The position numbers and the translations under genes are program-made. Source: an uncultured Acidobacteriaceae bacterium (GTDB lineage Bacteria > Acidobacteriota > Terriglobia > Terriglobales > Acidobacteriaceae). Taken from it: DNA of 64,000 bases. Below, piece by piece: positions 10,957 through 21,495 of this stretch. Position 1 is the stretch's first letter, and every line of letters starts with the position of its first letter. The notes under the pieces were generated by a model. The model saw only the letters and a list, made by a program, of their open reading frames with translations, was not told the DNA's origin and searched no databases. Location of the stretch: positions 2,615 to 66,614 of the forward strand of contig CAWHUU010000003.1 of NCBI GenBank assembly GCA_963832645.1, read 5' to 3'.

Positions 10957-12303
10957 GTGGTTCGCGCTGCCCTTTCACTCCTGCTCGCCGTTTCGTTGTC
11001 CGCTGTAATTGCTTCCGCTCAGGATCCTTCGTCAAGTTCAAGCGGAGGCTTGAAGGTATCGGGAATCGGTCCCGATGCCGCCGATGCGAACTTGCAGGAT
11101 GTGTCTCAACAGGTGATTGCCGCTGAGGCTGCGATTGCTAAGGCCGATTGGGCGACAGCCGAGGCCAAGCTGAGCGTTTGGATTGCGAGCCATCCGGAGG
11201 ACGCGCGGGCGCTGTTTGACGCCGGCTATGTGGCCGATGCACAGAACCGGCTCGACGCCGCGGCGAATTACTATCGGCGGGCCATCGCGGCTAATCCGAA
11301 ATCGTTTGAATCGCACCTCTCGCTGGGGTTGTTGCTGGCACGGCAGGGTAAGCCAGAGGAGGCGCGTCCGGAGCTGGTAACTGCCACTGAACTGGATCCC
11401 GGCGACGCAGGACCGACGCTGAAGGCTCGCGCGTGGCGCGCGTTGGCGCAGATCGACCGCCCTACGCCCGGACATACGGGCGACCTGAATGCGGCGACTA
11501 ACGATCTGCTTGAAGCGCTGAGGTTAACGCCAGAGACTCCGGCAGATAAGCTGCTGGCTGCGAATCTGGCGGAGGAGGCTGGGGATTACGAAGCCGCTGA
11601 AAAGGCCTATCGGCGGTTGCTGGAGGATGACCCCAAATCTGAGCAGGCGAACGCGGGCATTGGGCATCTGCTGATTGAGCAGAAGAAGTACCCCGAGGCG
11701 GAGACTTTTCTGCGCGAAGCGTTGGAAAAGCTGCCGGACGATCCGACGTTGACGGCTCAACTGGCGGCTGCGCTTACGGCGCAGGACAAGGCCGAGGCCT
11801 TACCGCTTCTGCAGAAGCTGCACGCTGCCCATCCGCAGGATATGGACGTAACGGGCATGCTAGCGGAAGTGCTTGGAATTGCAGGTGATGTGGCCGGATC
11901 GGACAAGCTCTATGTTCAGATGCTGGCGGCGTCTCCCAACGATGCAGGCCTGCTGGTGTCTCACGGGCAGAACCTGGTACGGCTGGGCAAGGACGGGGAG
12001 GCGGTAGCCGCGTTCGATAAGGCAACACGGTTGAATCCGGCGAACAGTGACGGATGGAGCGGGTTGGCGTTTGCGGCCTCAAAGATCAATCAGCCTACGG
12101 TTACGCTTCATGCGCTTTCGATGAGATCAAAATTATTGCCTGAGAATGCGTCTACATACTTCCTTTGGGCCACCTCTTACGATAGGCTGCATCAAAAGAG
12201 TCAAGCAGTAACGTACTATCGGCACTTTCTTGAGGCCGCAGCGGGCAAGTTTCCTGATCAGGAATGGCAGGCGCGACAGCGGCTTCAAATCCTTCAAAAA
12301 TAA
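10957..12303 (+). CDS. Secreted tetratricopeptide repeat protein
   Basis: Signal peptide and multiple TPR-like units (YYRRAIAANPKSFESHLSLG, FDKATRLNPANSDGW). Confidence 0.85.
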   Translation: MVRAALSLLLAVSLSAVIASAQDPSSSSSGGLKVSGIGPDAADANLQDVSQQVIAAEAAIAKADWATAEAKLSVWIASHPEDARALFDAGYVADAQNRLDAAANYYRRAIAANPKSFESHLSLGLLLARQGKPEEARPELVTATELDPGDAGPTLKARAWRALAQIDRPTPGHTGDLNAATNDLLEALRLTPETPADKLLAANLAEEAGDYEAAEKAYRRLLEDDPKSEQANAGIGHLLIEQKKYPEAETFLREALEKLPDDPTLTAQLAAALTAQDKAEALPLLQKLHAAHPQDMDVTGMLAEVLGIAGDVAGSDKLYVQMLAASPNDAGLLVSHGQNLVRLGKDGEAVAAFDKATRLNPANSDGWSGLAFAASKINQPTVTLHALSMRSKLLPENASTYFLWATSYDRLHQKSQAVTYYRHFLEAAAGKFPDQEWQARQRLQILQK

Positions 12304-12479
12304 CTGCAGTACAGGCCAAAGGTTCTTTCACAAGACAGTCGCAGCAGTCAGTCGTACGAGCCGTGCACTTTTCCCTTTTGCCGCGATCAATACGTGTATT
12401 CGATTTGCTCTTGCATGCGCGTAGGTAAAGTCCTATATTCACGGCACGAGGAGTAACCGCAAGACAGCGGAGGTTCCTT

Positions 12480-12938
12480 ATGCGATCAGTTGCTAGCCTG
12501 GCAGTCGCCGTCCTCCTCATTACAGCTGCGCTCCCCGCCTGCGCAAGTGGACTCGATAACAAGTTACCCGACATGGAAGGAATTCAGGCGCTGGAGGACC
12601 GTGCCAGTCAGGCACAGCCGGGCGAGCAGTGTTACCTTTACGCCCAGCTGGTTCACCAGATGACCGAGTTGAGCGTTCGGCAGTATGCGCAAGGCAATAC
12701 GGGAAAGGCCACCGACCTACTAAAACGTGTGCAGCAGTTCGCGCAGAAGATTCGCAACTCAATGACGAAGAACGACAAGCGCATCAAGAATGCCGAGATC
12801 CTGCTGAGCCACACGGCATTCCGGCTTACGGAGATGCTGCACTCAAGCAGCTATGAAGACCGCCCTCTGGTTCAGGACACGCTTGCGGATGTGTCCGAGG
12901 CGCAGAAGGAGACCATGTTCAAGGTCTTCAAGAGATAG
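12480..12938 (+). CDS. Secreted helical hypothetical protein
   Basis: GGAGG RBS, signal peptide, good codon bias. Confidence 0.75.
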   Translation: MRSVASLAVAVLLITAALPACASGLDNKLPDMEGIQALEDRASQAQPGEQCYLYAQLVHQMTELSVRQYAQGNTGKATDLLKRVQQFAQKIRNSMTKNDKRIKNAEILLSHTAFRLTEMLHSSSYEDRPLVQDTLADVSEAQKETMFKVFKR

Positions 12939-13046
12939 ATCGACTTTCATTCCATTGTGAGATCGATGGCTGACGGTGCGTTTCTGGCGCGCACTTTCGC
13001 GGCGCGGCCGTAGTGTGTTTGAATGATTGCGGCAGAGGGATTTCCG

Positions 13047-13574
13047 ATGCGCGTTGCCATTGCAGTACTTTGCGGTTTGCTGGTTGCCACGTCCCTACAG
13101 GCTCAGAAGAAGAAGCGTGACCCGCTGACGCCTGCGCAAGTGGACAAAATTGCCGAGGCCGGCATCGACCCCAACGCGCGCATAGAACTTTACACACAAT
13201 ATCTAGGCGAACATGCCGACGCGATCAAGAAGCTCAGCGACCGCGCGAAGTCTGATGCGCGTGCAAACAAGCTGAACTACGAGCTGCTGGACTTTACAGC
13301 GTTGCAAGATGAACTGGGCGACAATCTGGACACCTATGCCGACCGCAAGGCCGATATTCGCAAGTCGCTCCAGAAGCTGACAGAAGCCACTCCCCGCTGG
13401 CAGGGGATTTTGCGCGCGCTGATGGGCGAGGCAGGATTCGACCTTGCGCGCAAAGAGGCGATCGAAAGCGGCCATGACCTGGCAAGTCAGGCGCAACGCC
13501 TGCTGCAGGAGCAGGAGGAGTACTTCAGACAGCATCCCGACGAGGTTGGCCAGGACCGTTGGGAGCCCAAATAG
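13047..13574 (+). CDS. Secreted helical hypothetical protein
   Basis: Signal peptide MRVAIAVLCGLLVATSLQA; charged helical body. Confidence 0.75.
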   Translation: MRVAIAVLCGLLVATSLQAQKKKRDPLTPAQVDKIAEAGIDPNARIELYTQYLGEHADAIKKLSDRAKSDARANKLNYELLDFTALQDELGDNLDTYADRKADIRKSLQKLTEATPRWQGILRALMGEAGFDLARKEAIESGHDLASQAQRLLQEQEEYFRQHPDEVGQDRWEPK

Positions 13575-13591
13575 AAACGGAAAGTACGTGG

Positions 13592-14710
13592 ATGAATTCA
13601 ATTAGCAAGACGTGGTGCGTGTTGGCGGTTCTGCCATTGCTGTTGTTCCCTGCTCTTTCGCGCGGGCAGTCGAAAGAGCATCGGACGGCGGTGACAATTC
13701 GCGGCGACGAGTTTTTGATTAATGGCAAGCCGACCTACGCAGGCCGAAGTTGGCATGGCCATCGCATAGAAGGATTGCTGTTCAACGCGCGCCTAGTGCA
13801 GGGCATCTTCGACGACGCCAATCCCGAAACGGTTTCAAGATGGGCGTATCCTGACACACACACCTGGGATGCGAATCGGAACACAGATGAGTTTGTTGCC
13901 GCCATGCCGGAGTGGCGGCGGCATGGGCTGCTGGCGTTCACGATCAATCTGCAAGGCGGCTCACCCGAGGGCTACTCGAAGGGACAACCGTGGCTGAACT
14001 CGGCATTCACCGACGATGGTGAGCTGAAGCCTGCTTACATGGCGCGGCTGGACCGCATTCTCAATCGTGCCGATGAGCTGGGAATGGTGGTCATTGTCGG
14101 ATATTTCTACGCTGCGCAGGCAGCGCATCTTCGCGATGAAGCTGCGGTGATTCGCGCAACGGACAACGCTACGGATTATTTGCTGAAGCGTGGCTGGCGC
14201 AACGTAATGGTCGAAGTCGATAACGAGTGCGACATCGGCTTTCGTCACGAGATCCTGGGACCGAAGAGGGTGGCGGAATTGATTGAGCGGGTCCGGTCAA
14301 AGCAAGTTAAAGGGCGTCACCTGTTGGCGGGAACATCCTATATAGGTGGCGCTATTCCGAGCGAAGCCGTGGTGCGTGCTTCCGATTTTCTATTGCTGCA
14401 CGGCAATGGAGTCTCGAATCCGGAAGACATTGCGGCTATGGTGCGCAAGACCCGCGCGGTTCCCGGCTACACGGCCAAGCCTATTCTGTTCAACGAGGAC
14501 GACCACTACAGCTTCGATCAGCCGGAGAACAACATGACTGCGGCAATCAGCGAACATGCGTCGTGGGGCTTCTTCGATTACAGAATGAAGGGCGAGGGAT
14601 TTGAAGACGGATATCAAAGCGTGCCTGTGGATTGGGGCATCAGCAGTGCTCGTAAACGCGGGTTCTTCAATCTGCTTGCCGAGATAACAGGTGCAGAGGC
14701 GGCCCACTAG
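13592..14710 (+). CDS. Secreted putative glycoside hydrolase-like TIM-barrel protein
   Basis: Signal peptide; FLINGKP start; VEVDNECD and ILFNEDD resemble clan GH-A acid/base and nucleophile strands. Confidence 0.6.
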   Translation: MNSISKTWCVLAVLPLLLFPALSRGQSKEHRTAVTIRGDEFLINGKPTYAGRSWHGHRIEGLLFNARLVQGIFDDANPETVSRWAYPDTHTWDANRNTDEFVAAMPEWRRHGLLAFTINLQGGSPEGYSKGQPWLNSAFTDDGELKPAYMARLDRILNRADELGMVVIVGYFYAAQAAHLRDEAAVIRATDNATDYLLKRGWRNVMVEVDNECDIGFRHEILGPKRVAELIERVRSKQVKGRHLLAGTSYIGGAIPSEAVVRASDFLLLHGNGVSNPEDIAAMVRKTRAVPGYTAKPILFNEDDHYSFDQPENNMTAAISEHASWGFFDYRMKGEGFEDGYQSVPVDWGISSARKRGFFNLLAEITGAEAAH

Positions 14711-14772
14711 AACTCCGATTTACGACGGCCCGGCACCACTGACAAGGCGGGGGTGATCTGCTAATCTCCACA

Positions 14773-15462
14773 TTGGTGAGCGCCGATTTTGTCCCTATTT
14801 TTCAGGAAGAGTACCGAGTGTTGCGCCCACGTGCGCCGATGCCGCCGATCTCTGTGCGCTTCAGGCGATTTACTTCGCTGAACACGACGATCCGGTTGCG
14901 CGAGGGGCAGATCAAGGTAAACCTTTCGGACTTGCTGGAGGGTGCGCCCGAATCGGTGATACGCGCCATTGCGCACATTCTGCTGGCCAAGCTGTATAAG
15001 AAGCCAATCGATGCGACGCACAATCTGCGATACAAGCGATTCGCTTCAAGCGCGGCGGTAACGCGGCAGACAGAGATCATTCGCCACGCGCGCGGCAGCA
15101 AGCGCTACTTTGGCCCCGAAGGACGCTACTACAACCTTGAAGAAGTGTTCGACTCGCTGAATATGCGTTTCTTCGGCGGCATGCTGGGCAGGCCGGAGCT
15201 GACGTGGAGCGAGAGTCACGCCAAACGCTCACTGGGCCACTACGATGCGGCGCACAACACCATCGTGGTGAGCCGCGTTTTTGACCGGCCTTCAAGCCCA
15301 CGTTATGCGATCGAGTACCTGCTGTACCACGAGATGCTGCATCTGAAACATCCGGTGCGCATGCGCGGGACGCGCCGCTGCGTTCACTCAGCCGAGTTCA
15401 AGGCTGAGGAAGCGCTCTTCCCGCAGTTGGCAGAGGCGATGGCGTTCATCAAGCGGCTTTAG
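14773..15462 (+). CDS. SprT/YgjP-like zinc metallopeptidase
   Basis: YLLYHEMLHLKH...CVHSAEF zincin motif with a third His. Confidence 0.8.
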   Translation: MVSADFVPIFQEEYRVLRPRAPMPPISVRFRRFTSLNTTIRLREGQIKVNLSDLLEGAPESVIRAIAHILLAKLYKKPIDATHNLRYKRFASSAAVTRQTEIIRHARGSKRYFGPEGRYYNLEEVFDSLNMRFFGGMLGRPELTWSESHAKRSLGHYDAAHNTIVVSRVFDRPSSPRYAIEYLLYHEMLHLKHPVRMRGTRRCVHSAEFKAEEALFPQLAEAMAFIKRL

Positions 15463-15602
15463 CGCGCAAGTGCTCATCTCGCCCCGGCCATGCTACACTT
15501 CACGCGCACTTGTTTCAGCCGATTTCCGCAGCCCAATTTCTGAACTAAGCATTTGACCGGAGAACGGTTGAACATGGCGGACTTTCTCACTTGGAGACCT
15601 CA

Positions 15603-17057
15603 ATGACTGATGCTCTAAATCCCGCACCCAAGCCTTCTGAAACTCTCGACTCATCCGTTTCACGCCGCTCCTTTATGAAGGCCGCAGGCGCCGCCGCCGG
15701 AACGGTAGCCATTGCTCCCGGCGCGCTGTGGGGACAATCAAGCAGGCCTTCCGCTTCGAATCGCATTACGCTGGGCATCGTGGGTTGGGGCATGATTGGG
15801 CCGACGAATACGAAGGTGTTTCTGGAGCAGCCGGATTGCCAGATTGTGGCGGCGTGCGACCTGGCCACGGAGCCACTGCAGAGGGCAGTCGACACGGTGA
15901 ACGCCAAATATGGCAACAAGGACTGCAAGGCGTATCGCGACTATCGCGAGATGATGGCCCGCGACGATATCGACGCTGTGATGCTGGCGGTGCCGGACCA
16001 CTGGCATGCGCTCGTGGCTATTGAAGCCGCCAACCGCAAGAAGGATATTTACGGCGAAAAGCCACTGGCCAAGACCGTTGAGGAGCAGCAGGCTATTGTC
16101 CGCGCGGTGGAGAAGAACAACATTATCTGGCAGACCGGTTCGTGGCAGCGCTCGCTCAAGCCCTTCCATAAAGCGGCTGAGATCGTCCGGAACGGTTTGA
16201 TCGGAGATGTGATCAAGGTAGAAGTCGGCTTGCCTGGCCCGGATAACGACTTTAAGCACACGACTCCCGAACTGCTGGCGAAGCTGGCGACCCTGACGCC
16301 GAAGGTCACTGATCTGTCGCAGATAGTTCCGGGGACGCCGGCATGGGATATGGCCATCTCGGATCCTCCGCCGGATATCGACTATGAAACGTGGATCGGC
16401 CCCTCGCGCATGGAGCCTTACGCCAAAACGCGGCACTTCATGAACTGGCGCTGGAACTATAACATCGGCGGCGGGCAGTTGATGGACTGGATTGGCCATC
16501 ACGGCGACATCGCCCATTGGGGACTGGGATTCGACCTGTCTGGCCCCTCAGAGATTGAAGGAGTTGGAAATTTCCCGGCCTCGAACGCCCTCTGGAACAC
16601 ATGCCAGAAGTACCGGATCGAGTGCAAGTACAAGAAAGAGGTCACCGGCTACTCGAACGACGTGATGATGACGATCGCCGGCGGGCACCCCTCAATTGTG
16701 ATGGGGACCAAGTGGATCGGCACCAACGGATGGGTGTGGGTAGACCGCAGCGGCTTTGACGCCTCAAACGAAGACTGGGTCAAGATGGAGTCACTGCCTG
16801 AAGAACTGCGCAAGGTAAAGCTTTATGAATCACCGGAACACCGCAGAAACTTCCTTGACTGCGTTAAGTCTCGGAAGCCGACTATTACGCCGGTTCAGGT
16901 TGCGCATCACTCCACGATTCCGGGACACCTAGGGCTGATCTCTATGATGGTGGGACGGAAACTGCAATGGGATGTGGCCAGCGAAAAGATCATTGGAGAC
17001 AGTGCGGCCAGTGAGTTACTGACCAGACCTTACAGGGCGCCCTACAAGCACGTTTAA
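15603..17057 (+). CDS. Tat-exported Gfo/Idh/MocA oxidoreductase
   Basis: SRRSFMK Tat motif; PDHWH, YGEKPL, MDWIGHHGD motifs. Confidence 0.9.
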   Translation: MTDALNPAPKPSETLDSSVSRRSFMKAAGAAAGTVAIAPGALWGQSSRPSASNRITLGIVGWGMIGPTNTKVFLEQPDCQIVAACDLATEPLQRAVDTVNAKYGNKDCKAYRDYREMMARDDIDAVMLAVPDHWHALVAIEAANRKKDIYGEKPLAKTVEEQQAIVRAVEKNNIIWQTGSWQRSLKPFHKAAEIVRNGLIGDVIKVEVGLPGPDNDFKHTTPELLAKLATLTPKVTDLSQIVPGTPAWDMAISDPPPDIDYETWIGPSRMEPYAKTRHFMNWRWNYNIGGGQLMDWIGHHGDIAHWGLGFDLSGPSEIEGVGNFPASNALWNTCQKYRIECKYKKEVTGYSNDVMMTIAGGHPSIVMGTKWIGTNGWVWVDRSGFDASNEDWVKMESLPEELRKVKLYESPEHRRNFLDCVKSRKPTITPVQVAHHSTIPGHLGLISMMVGRKLQWDVASEKIIGDSAASELLTRPYRAPYKHV

Positions 17058-17067
17058 GCGCACTGAA

Positions 17068-17090
17068 CTTCCCCTGCTCCTGAGGGGAAG
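17068..17090. terminator. Stem-loop between convergent genes
   Basis: CTTCCCCT-gctcctg-AGGGGAAG. Confidence 0.45.
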
Positions 17091-17115
17091 GCATGGTTTT
17101 ACGGCGAGCGCGTGT

Positions 17116-17280
17116 TCAGCTCTTTTTAGATGTGACTGCGGAAAATGCAGCCACGGCCTGGAGCACGCGCTTGCTGCCGCAATGCGGGCATGCCACCTCA
17201 ACTCGCTCAACATCAGTCATATGCAGTAATTTCGTAAACTCTTTGTTGCAGTCCTGACAAAGGAATACGTATGTCGACAT
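17116..17280 (-). CDS. FmdB-family zinc-ribbon protein, 54 aa
   Basis: MSTYVFLCQDCNKEF...CPHCGS; GGAG RBS before ATG 17280. Confidence 0.85.
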   Translation of the reverse strand: MSTYVFLCQDCNKEFTKLLHMTDVERVEVACPHCGSKRVLQAVAAFSAVTSKKS

Positions 17281-17747
17281 GGCCGTTCTCCGGCGATCAT
17301 GATAGCGCCGTTTCCGATGTGCGGCGCATGAGTCCAACCCGAAAAGTAGCAATGGAAGAGCGACTCTGCTTAGAAGCGCGGATAACTGTGGGCTAAGTGA
17401 GTTGGATGGCGGCGGTCTTTCGGGCGATTCCCTTAGAAGATGCGGCTTTTGGCTTATAAGTCCACTTTTCAACAGTAACCTACCGGTGCACACCTAAAGT
17501 GGTATTTGAAAGTCTCGAAGTTTCACTCAAAGTAAAACTTTACTGCAATTCCTTGATACCCTGCTTCCCGCAAAAACAGTGATAACTACAAACAGGCTGA
17601 AGCAAATCTGAGGGTTGCAATCACTAAAAAACTATTAACGCATCTGGCACAGATACCTTCTATATGCTTTACTTGGTAACGCAAATGTAGAGTACCAAGG
17701 TTATCTTCTAGAGAGGCGTTTTTTCACCTACCTGCGAGCTAGAGGCC

Positions 17748-20567
17748 ATGACCTTCCACATCAAATCCGTGGTGTCGATGTTGTTGCTTCTCTTTCCGCT
17801 CGCTTTGTCCTCGCAAACCAATGCACAAATGGGAGTTCTGCAAGGTGAGGTAAAAGATCCCACCGGTGCGGTTGTGCCTGACGCGCGGGTGACGCTTGCG
17901 GGCACGCGACAGGTACACGAAACGCATACGCACGCAGACGGAAGCTTCCAGTTTCACACGTCTCCCGGCTCCTACACGTTGAAGATCAGCGCCAAGGGTT
18001 TTACGACTGCGTGGAAAGGTGTGGAGCTTTCGACGGGCGCGGTGAAACAGATCAGCGTGCCGCTGGAGATTGCATCCGATCGCCAGTCGGTTACGGTGAT
18101 GGCCAGCGTGAAGAGTGTGGGCATTGGCTCAGACCAGAATGCAAGCTCAATGGTCTTCAGGGGCAAGGACCTCAACGCGCTTTCAGACGATCCGAACGAG
18201 CTGCAGAGCGAGCTGCAGCAACTGGCGGGTGCCGTGGCCGGACCAAACGGCGGCCAGATCTACGTGGATGGTTTTGCGGGCGGCCGGCTGCCTCCCAAGT
18301 CTTCGATTCTTGAGATTCGCGTAAACCAGAATCCGTTCTCGTCGGAGTACGACAGGGTCGGATATGGGCGGGTGGAGATCATTACCAAGCCCGGATCGCA
18401 ACAACTGCACGGAAGCCTGAGCGCTTACGGCAATTCATCGGACATGAACTCGGCTAATCCGATGCTCAGCACTCAGCCGAAGTACTACATGTACTCCTAC
18501 TGGGGCGATTTGAGCGGGCCGCTGGGCAAGAACGCTTCGTTCATACTGAGCACAAACAAGGTCGTACGGCAGAACCAGAGCATTGTGAACGCTGTTGACC
18601 CGCAGAATCCCTCAGCCAGGATCAGGGAAGCGGTTCCGAATCCATCGAGCGTGATGGTGGTCAATCCGCGGATCGACTTCCAGGTTGGAAAGCATATCAT
18701 CACCCTCCGGGACAATTACTACGAATCCAAGGAGAATGGCGGCGGCATAGGGGTTTTAAACCTTTCTTCTCAATCTCTTAAAGCCACACTCAAAGGGAAC
18801 ACTTTGCAGTTTGGCGACACCTGGCTTGTCGGCCCGAAGATGGTTAACGAGCTTCACGGAGAATGGCGCAGGTTGCTCAACAGCCAAACGGCTGCATCGG
18901 GTGCTCCTGCCGTGATCGTCTCGGGCGCTTTCGCCGGGGGCGGTAATCTTGGCGGGGTCGTCCGCGATAACCAGAACATCTTTGAATTGAGGGATATCGG
19001 TACTGGGACCGCGGGCAATCACACGCTGCGGTTTGGTGTTGCTCTGCGTGGCTACCTGGATTCGAACTATTCAACTTCCGGCAGCAACGGTGTTTACACG
19101 TTCAGTTCGCTGGCCGCCTACCAGGCGGGGACTCCATCACAGTACGCTGCGACCATCATTAACAACCCCGTTGCCAAGGTGTTTATGGCCGATGGGTCAG
19201 CGTTCTTTCAAGATGACTGGCGGATTAGACCCAACCTGATGCTCGGAATCGGCGTCCGCTACGAGGTACAGAACTGGATTCGCAATCATAACGACTGGGC
19301 TCCGCGTGTGGCTCTGGCATGGAGTCCGGGCAAGCCCTCCAGCGGCAGTGGAAAGACTGTGCTTCGTGCGGGTTACGGGTGGTTCTACGACAGGTTTTTG
19401 ATTCCGACTGCCTTCGAGTATGATGGCTCGCCCTACGTTATACAGGCGATCCACGACAACCGGGTCAACCAGCAAAGTTATGTTGTAAACAACCCCACCT
19501 TCTTTAATGCGAACACACCGGCTTCGCAGAGCCAGATTCTGGCCTCGCCCTCTACGGTGCCTTCCTATCACACGATCGACCCCAAGTTCCGGTCGGCGTT
19601 GAACATGCAGGGCGGCGTGGGGGTTGATCAGCAGTTCATCAAGGGCTTTACGGCCAGCCTTACGTACTTGTTCACCCAGGGAGTCCACCAGTATTTTTCG
19701 AATAACGTGACGGCTCCGGTGTTTGACACGGCGAGCTACAGCGTAACCGGCCCTCCTGCAACGGTAAACAACTACCAATACCAGTCAGGCGGGTTCTACA
19801 AGCAGCACCAGGCGGTGGCGACCGTCAACATTCAAACTCAGCGGTTGATGCTCAACGGCTCCTACACCTTCAACGTGGCGAAGAGCGATACGCAGGGCGT
19901 CAATTCCTTTGTATCGGTGCCGCAGAACCCCGGCTACGACTACGGCACGGCCAGCTTCGGCGTGCGCCACCGGTTTACGGTGATGCAGAGCTTCACGGCG
20001 CCATTCGGATTTGTCTTTGCGTCGTTACTTGCCGGGCAATCGGGAACTCCGTTCAATGTAACGACGGGTTCCGATCTCACTGGCAACAATCAGTTCAATG
20101 CGCGGCCTGGCTACGGCGTATGCGGCACTCCGGGCGTGGTTTCGACGCCATATGGGTGCCTCGATCCGAATCCTGCAGGCAAGGGTGAGCGCATTGTGCC
20201 GTTCGGCATCGGAATGGGCCCCAAGAACCTTCTGCTGGATGTGCGGTTGAGCAAGACGTTCGGCATTGGCCCGAGGATGAAGGTTGAGTCAGCCGGCACA
20301 ACGCTGAGCGCCGGCAGCGATGTAAGCGACCGCGGCCTGAGCAACAATGGGGGAGCAATCCTCCTGAACGCCAATACTCCGCGCCGGTTCAACCTCACGT
20401 TTACGGCCGGCGGCTCGAATGTGCTGAACATCGTGAACTGGGGAACTCCCAACGGGGTACTAGGCTCTCCACTGTTCAACCAGTCCCAGTCGCTGGCGGG
20501 CGGCGCGTTCGCCAATCCCACGCCGGGCAACCGGGCAGTTGTCTTCCAGACCAGTTTCTCGTTCTAA
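17748..20567 (+). CDS. TonB-dependent receptor (Oar-like) with N-terminal carboxypeptidase-regulatory-like domain
   Basis: GEVKDPTGAVVPDARVTL, FFQDDWRIRPNLMLGIGVRYE, APRVALAW, C-terminal F (FQTSFSF). Confidence 0.9.
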   Translation: MTFHIKSVVSMLLLLFPLALSSQTNAQMGVLQGEVKDPTGAVVPDARVTLAGTRQVHETHTHADGSFQFHTSPGSYTLKISAKGFTTAWKGVELSTGAVKQISVPLEIASDRQSVTVMASVKSVGIGSDQNASSMVFRGKDLNALSDDPNELQSELQQLAGAVAGPNGGQIYVDGFAGGRLPPKSSILEIRVNQNPFSSEYDRVGYGRVEIITKPGSQQLHGSLSAYGNSSDMNSANPMLSTQPKYYMYSYWGDLSGPLGKNASFILSTNKVVRQNQSIVNAVDPQNPSARIREAVPNPSSVMVVNPRIDFQVGKHIITLRDNYYESKENGGGIGVLNLSSQSLKATLKGNTLQFGDTWLVGPKMVNELHGEWRRLLNSQTAASGAPAVIVSGAFAGGGNLGGVVRDNQNIFELRDIGTGTAGNHTLRFGVALRGYLDSNYSTSGSNGVYTFSSLAAYQAGTPSQYAATIINNPVAKVFMADGSAFFQDDWRIRPNLMLGIGVRYEVQNWIRNHNDWAPRVALAWSPGKPSSGSGKTVLRAGYGWFYDRFLIPTAFEYDGSPYVIQAIHDNRVNQQSYVVNNPTFFNANTPASQSQILASPSTVPSYHTIDPKFRSALNMQGGVGVDQQFIKGFTASLTYLFTQGVHQYFSNNVTAPVFDTASYSVTGPPATVNNYQYQSGGFYKQHQAVATVNIQTQRLMLNGSYTFNVAKSDTQGVNSFVSVPQNPGYDYGTASFGVRHRFTVMQSFTAPFGFVFASLLAGQSGTPFNVTTGSDLTGNNQFNARPGYGVCGTPGVVSTPYGCLDPNPAGKGERIVPFGIGMGPKNLLLDVRLSKTFGIGPRMKVESAGTTLSAGSDVSDRGLSNNGGAILLNANTPRRFNLTFTAGGSNVLNIVNWGTPNGVLGSPLFNQSQSLAGGAFANPTPGNRAVVFQTSFSF

Positions 20568-20589
20568 GATGCTCGCAACAGAGGCTGCG

Positions 20590-21390
20590 TCAGGCAGGCT
20601 TTTGGACGGCCGAGACGGTGGACTGCTGCTCTGTGACCGGCCTGCGGGCTGCCCAGAGGATGAGCGCTGCACCTGCGACCACGGATCCGAGACTGGCGAG
20701 TTGTGCATTCGACAAGCCCCATAATACGTGCGGGTTGCGGCGGATAAATTCAACCAGAAAGCGAGCTAATCCGCTGAGCACCAGGTAGTAGCCCACGATG
20801 GTTCCGACGGCATGCGGCTTTCCTGCCCGACGCCAGAGCCACCAGCCGATCAGCAGGCCGACAGCGAACTCGATCAAGGGAGTTGGATATACTCGCACAC
20901 CGGCTGGGGTGGGCACTACACCGTCTGGGAAGCTCATGCCAAAGGGCCAGGGCAACTTGGTTTCGACTCCGTAGCAGCCGTCTCCTGAGAGCAGGCATCC
21001 GATTCGCCCGATGGCGTACCCAATGGCCGCGGATGGCGCAGCCAGATCCAAAGTCCTGAGCATCCCGATCTTGGCACGCCAACCCTGGATGACGAGCGCG
21101 GAGATACCGAACAGGAGTCCTCCGAACCAGGCGAAGCCGGCCGAGTCCCACAGAACTTTCCAACCGAAGTCGCGGAATTCGCTGGGGGTGTCAAGCACGT
21201 GCCAGAGCTTGGCGCCGACGATTCCGGCCACCACGGCTACGGCGACCATCTCCACCGCATCGGCTGAGAGCCGGCCCCGTTTGAAGCTGCGGTCCATAAC
21301 GTAGGCGGCTGCGACGGAAGCCACCCAGAGCATTAAGCCGAAAGTGCCAATCTCGTGAGGCCAAAAGGGGATGTGAATAAAGGGATACAT
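20590..21390 (-). CDS. lgt: Prolipoprotein diacylglyceryl transferase
   Basis: GYAIGRIGCLLSGDGCYG, YPTPLIE, RFLVEFIR. Confidence 0.88.
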   Translation of the reverse strand: MYPFIHIPFWPHEIGTFGLMLWVASVAAAYVMDRSFKRGRLSADAVEMVAVAVVAGIVGAKLWHVLDTPSEFRDFGWKVLWDSAGFAWFGGLLFGISALVIQGWRAKIGMLRTLDLAAPSAAIGYAIGRIGCLLSGDGCYGVETKLPWPFGMSFPDGVVPTPAGVRVYPTPLIEFAVGLLIGWWLWRRAGKPHAVGTIVGYYLVLSGLARFLVEFIRRNPHVLWGLSNAQLASLGSVVAGAALILWAARRPVTEQQSTVSAVQKPA

Positions 21391-21495
21391 GCCACTCCCA
21401 GTATAGACTCCCGGGAATTTAGAAAGATTTCAACCGAGCAAGAAGAGTGATTTTGCACACTCGCGTGAGGCGTGATTTCAGGCGATACTGGGTTC

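Noticed and set aside
17644-17662. CTGGCAC upstream of the TonB-dependent receptor as a sigma-54 promoter
   Set aside because: No GC at the -12 position (TGGCAC-agata-CCTT).
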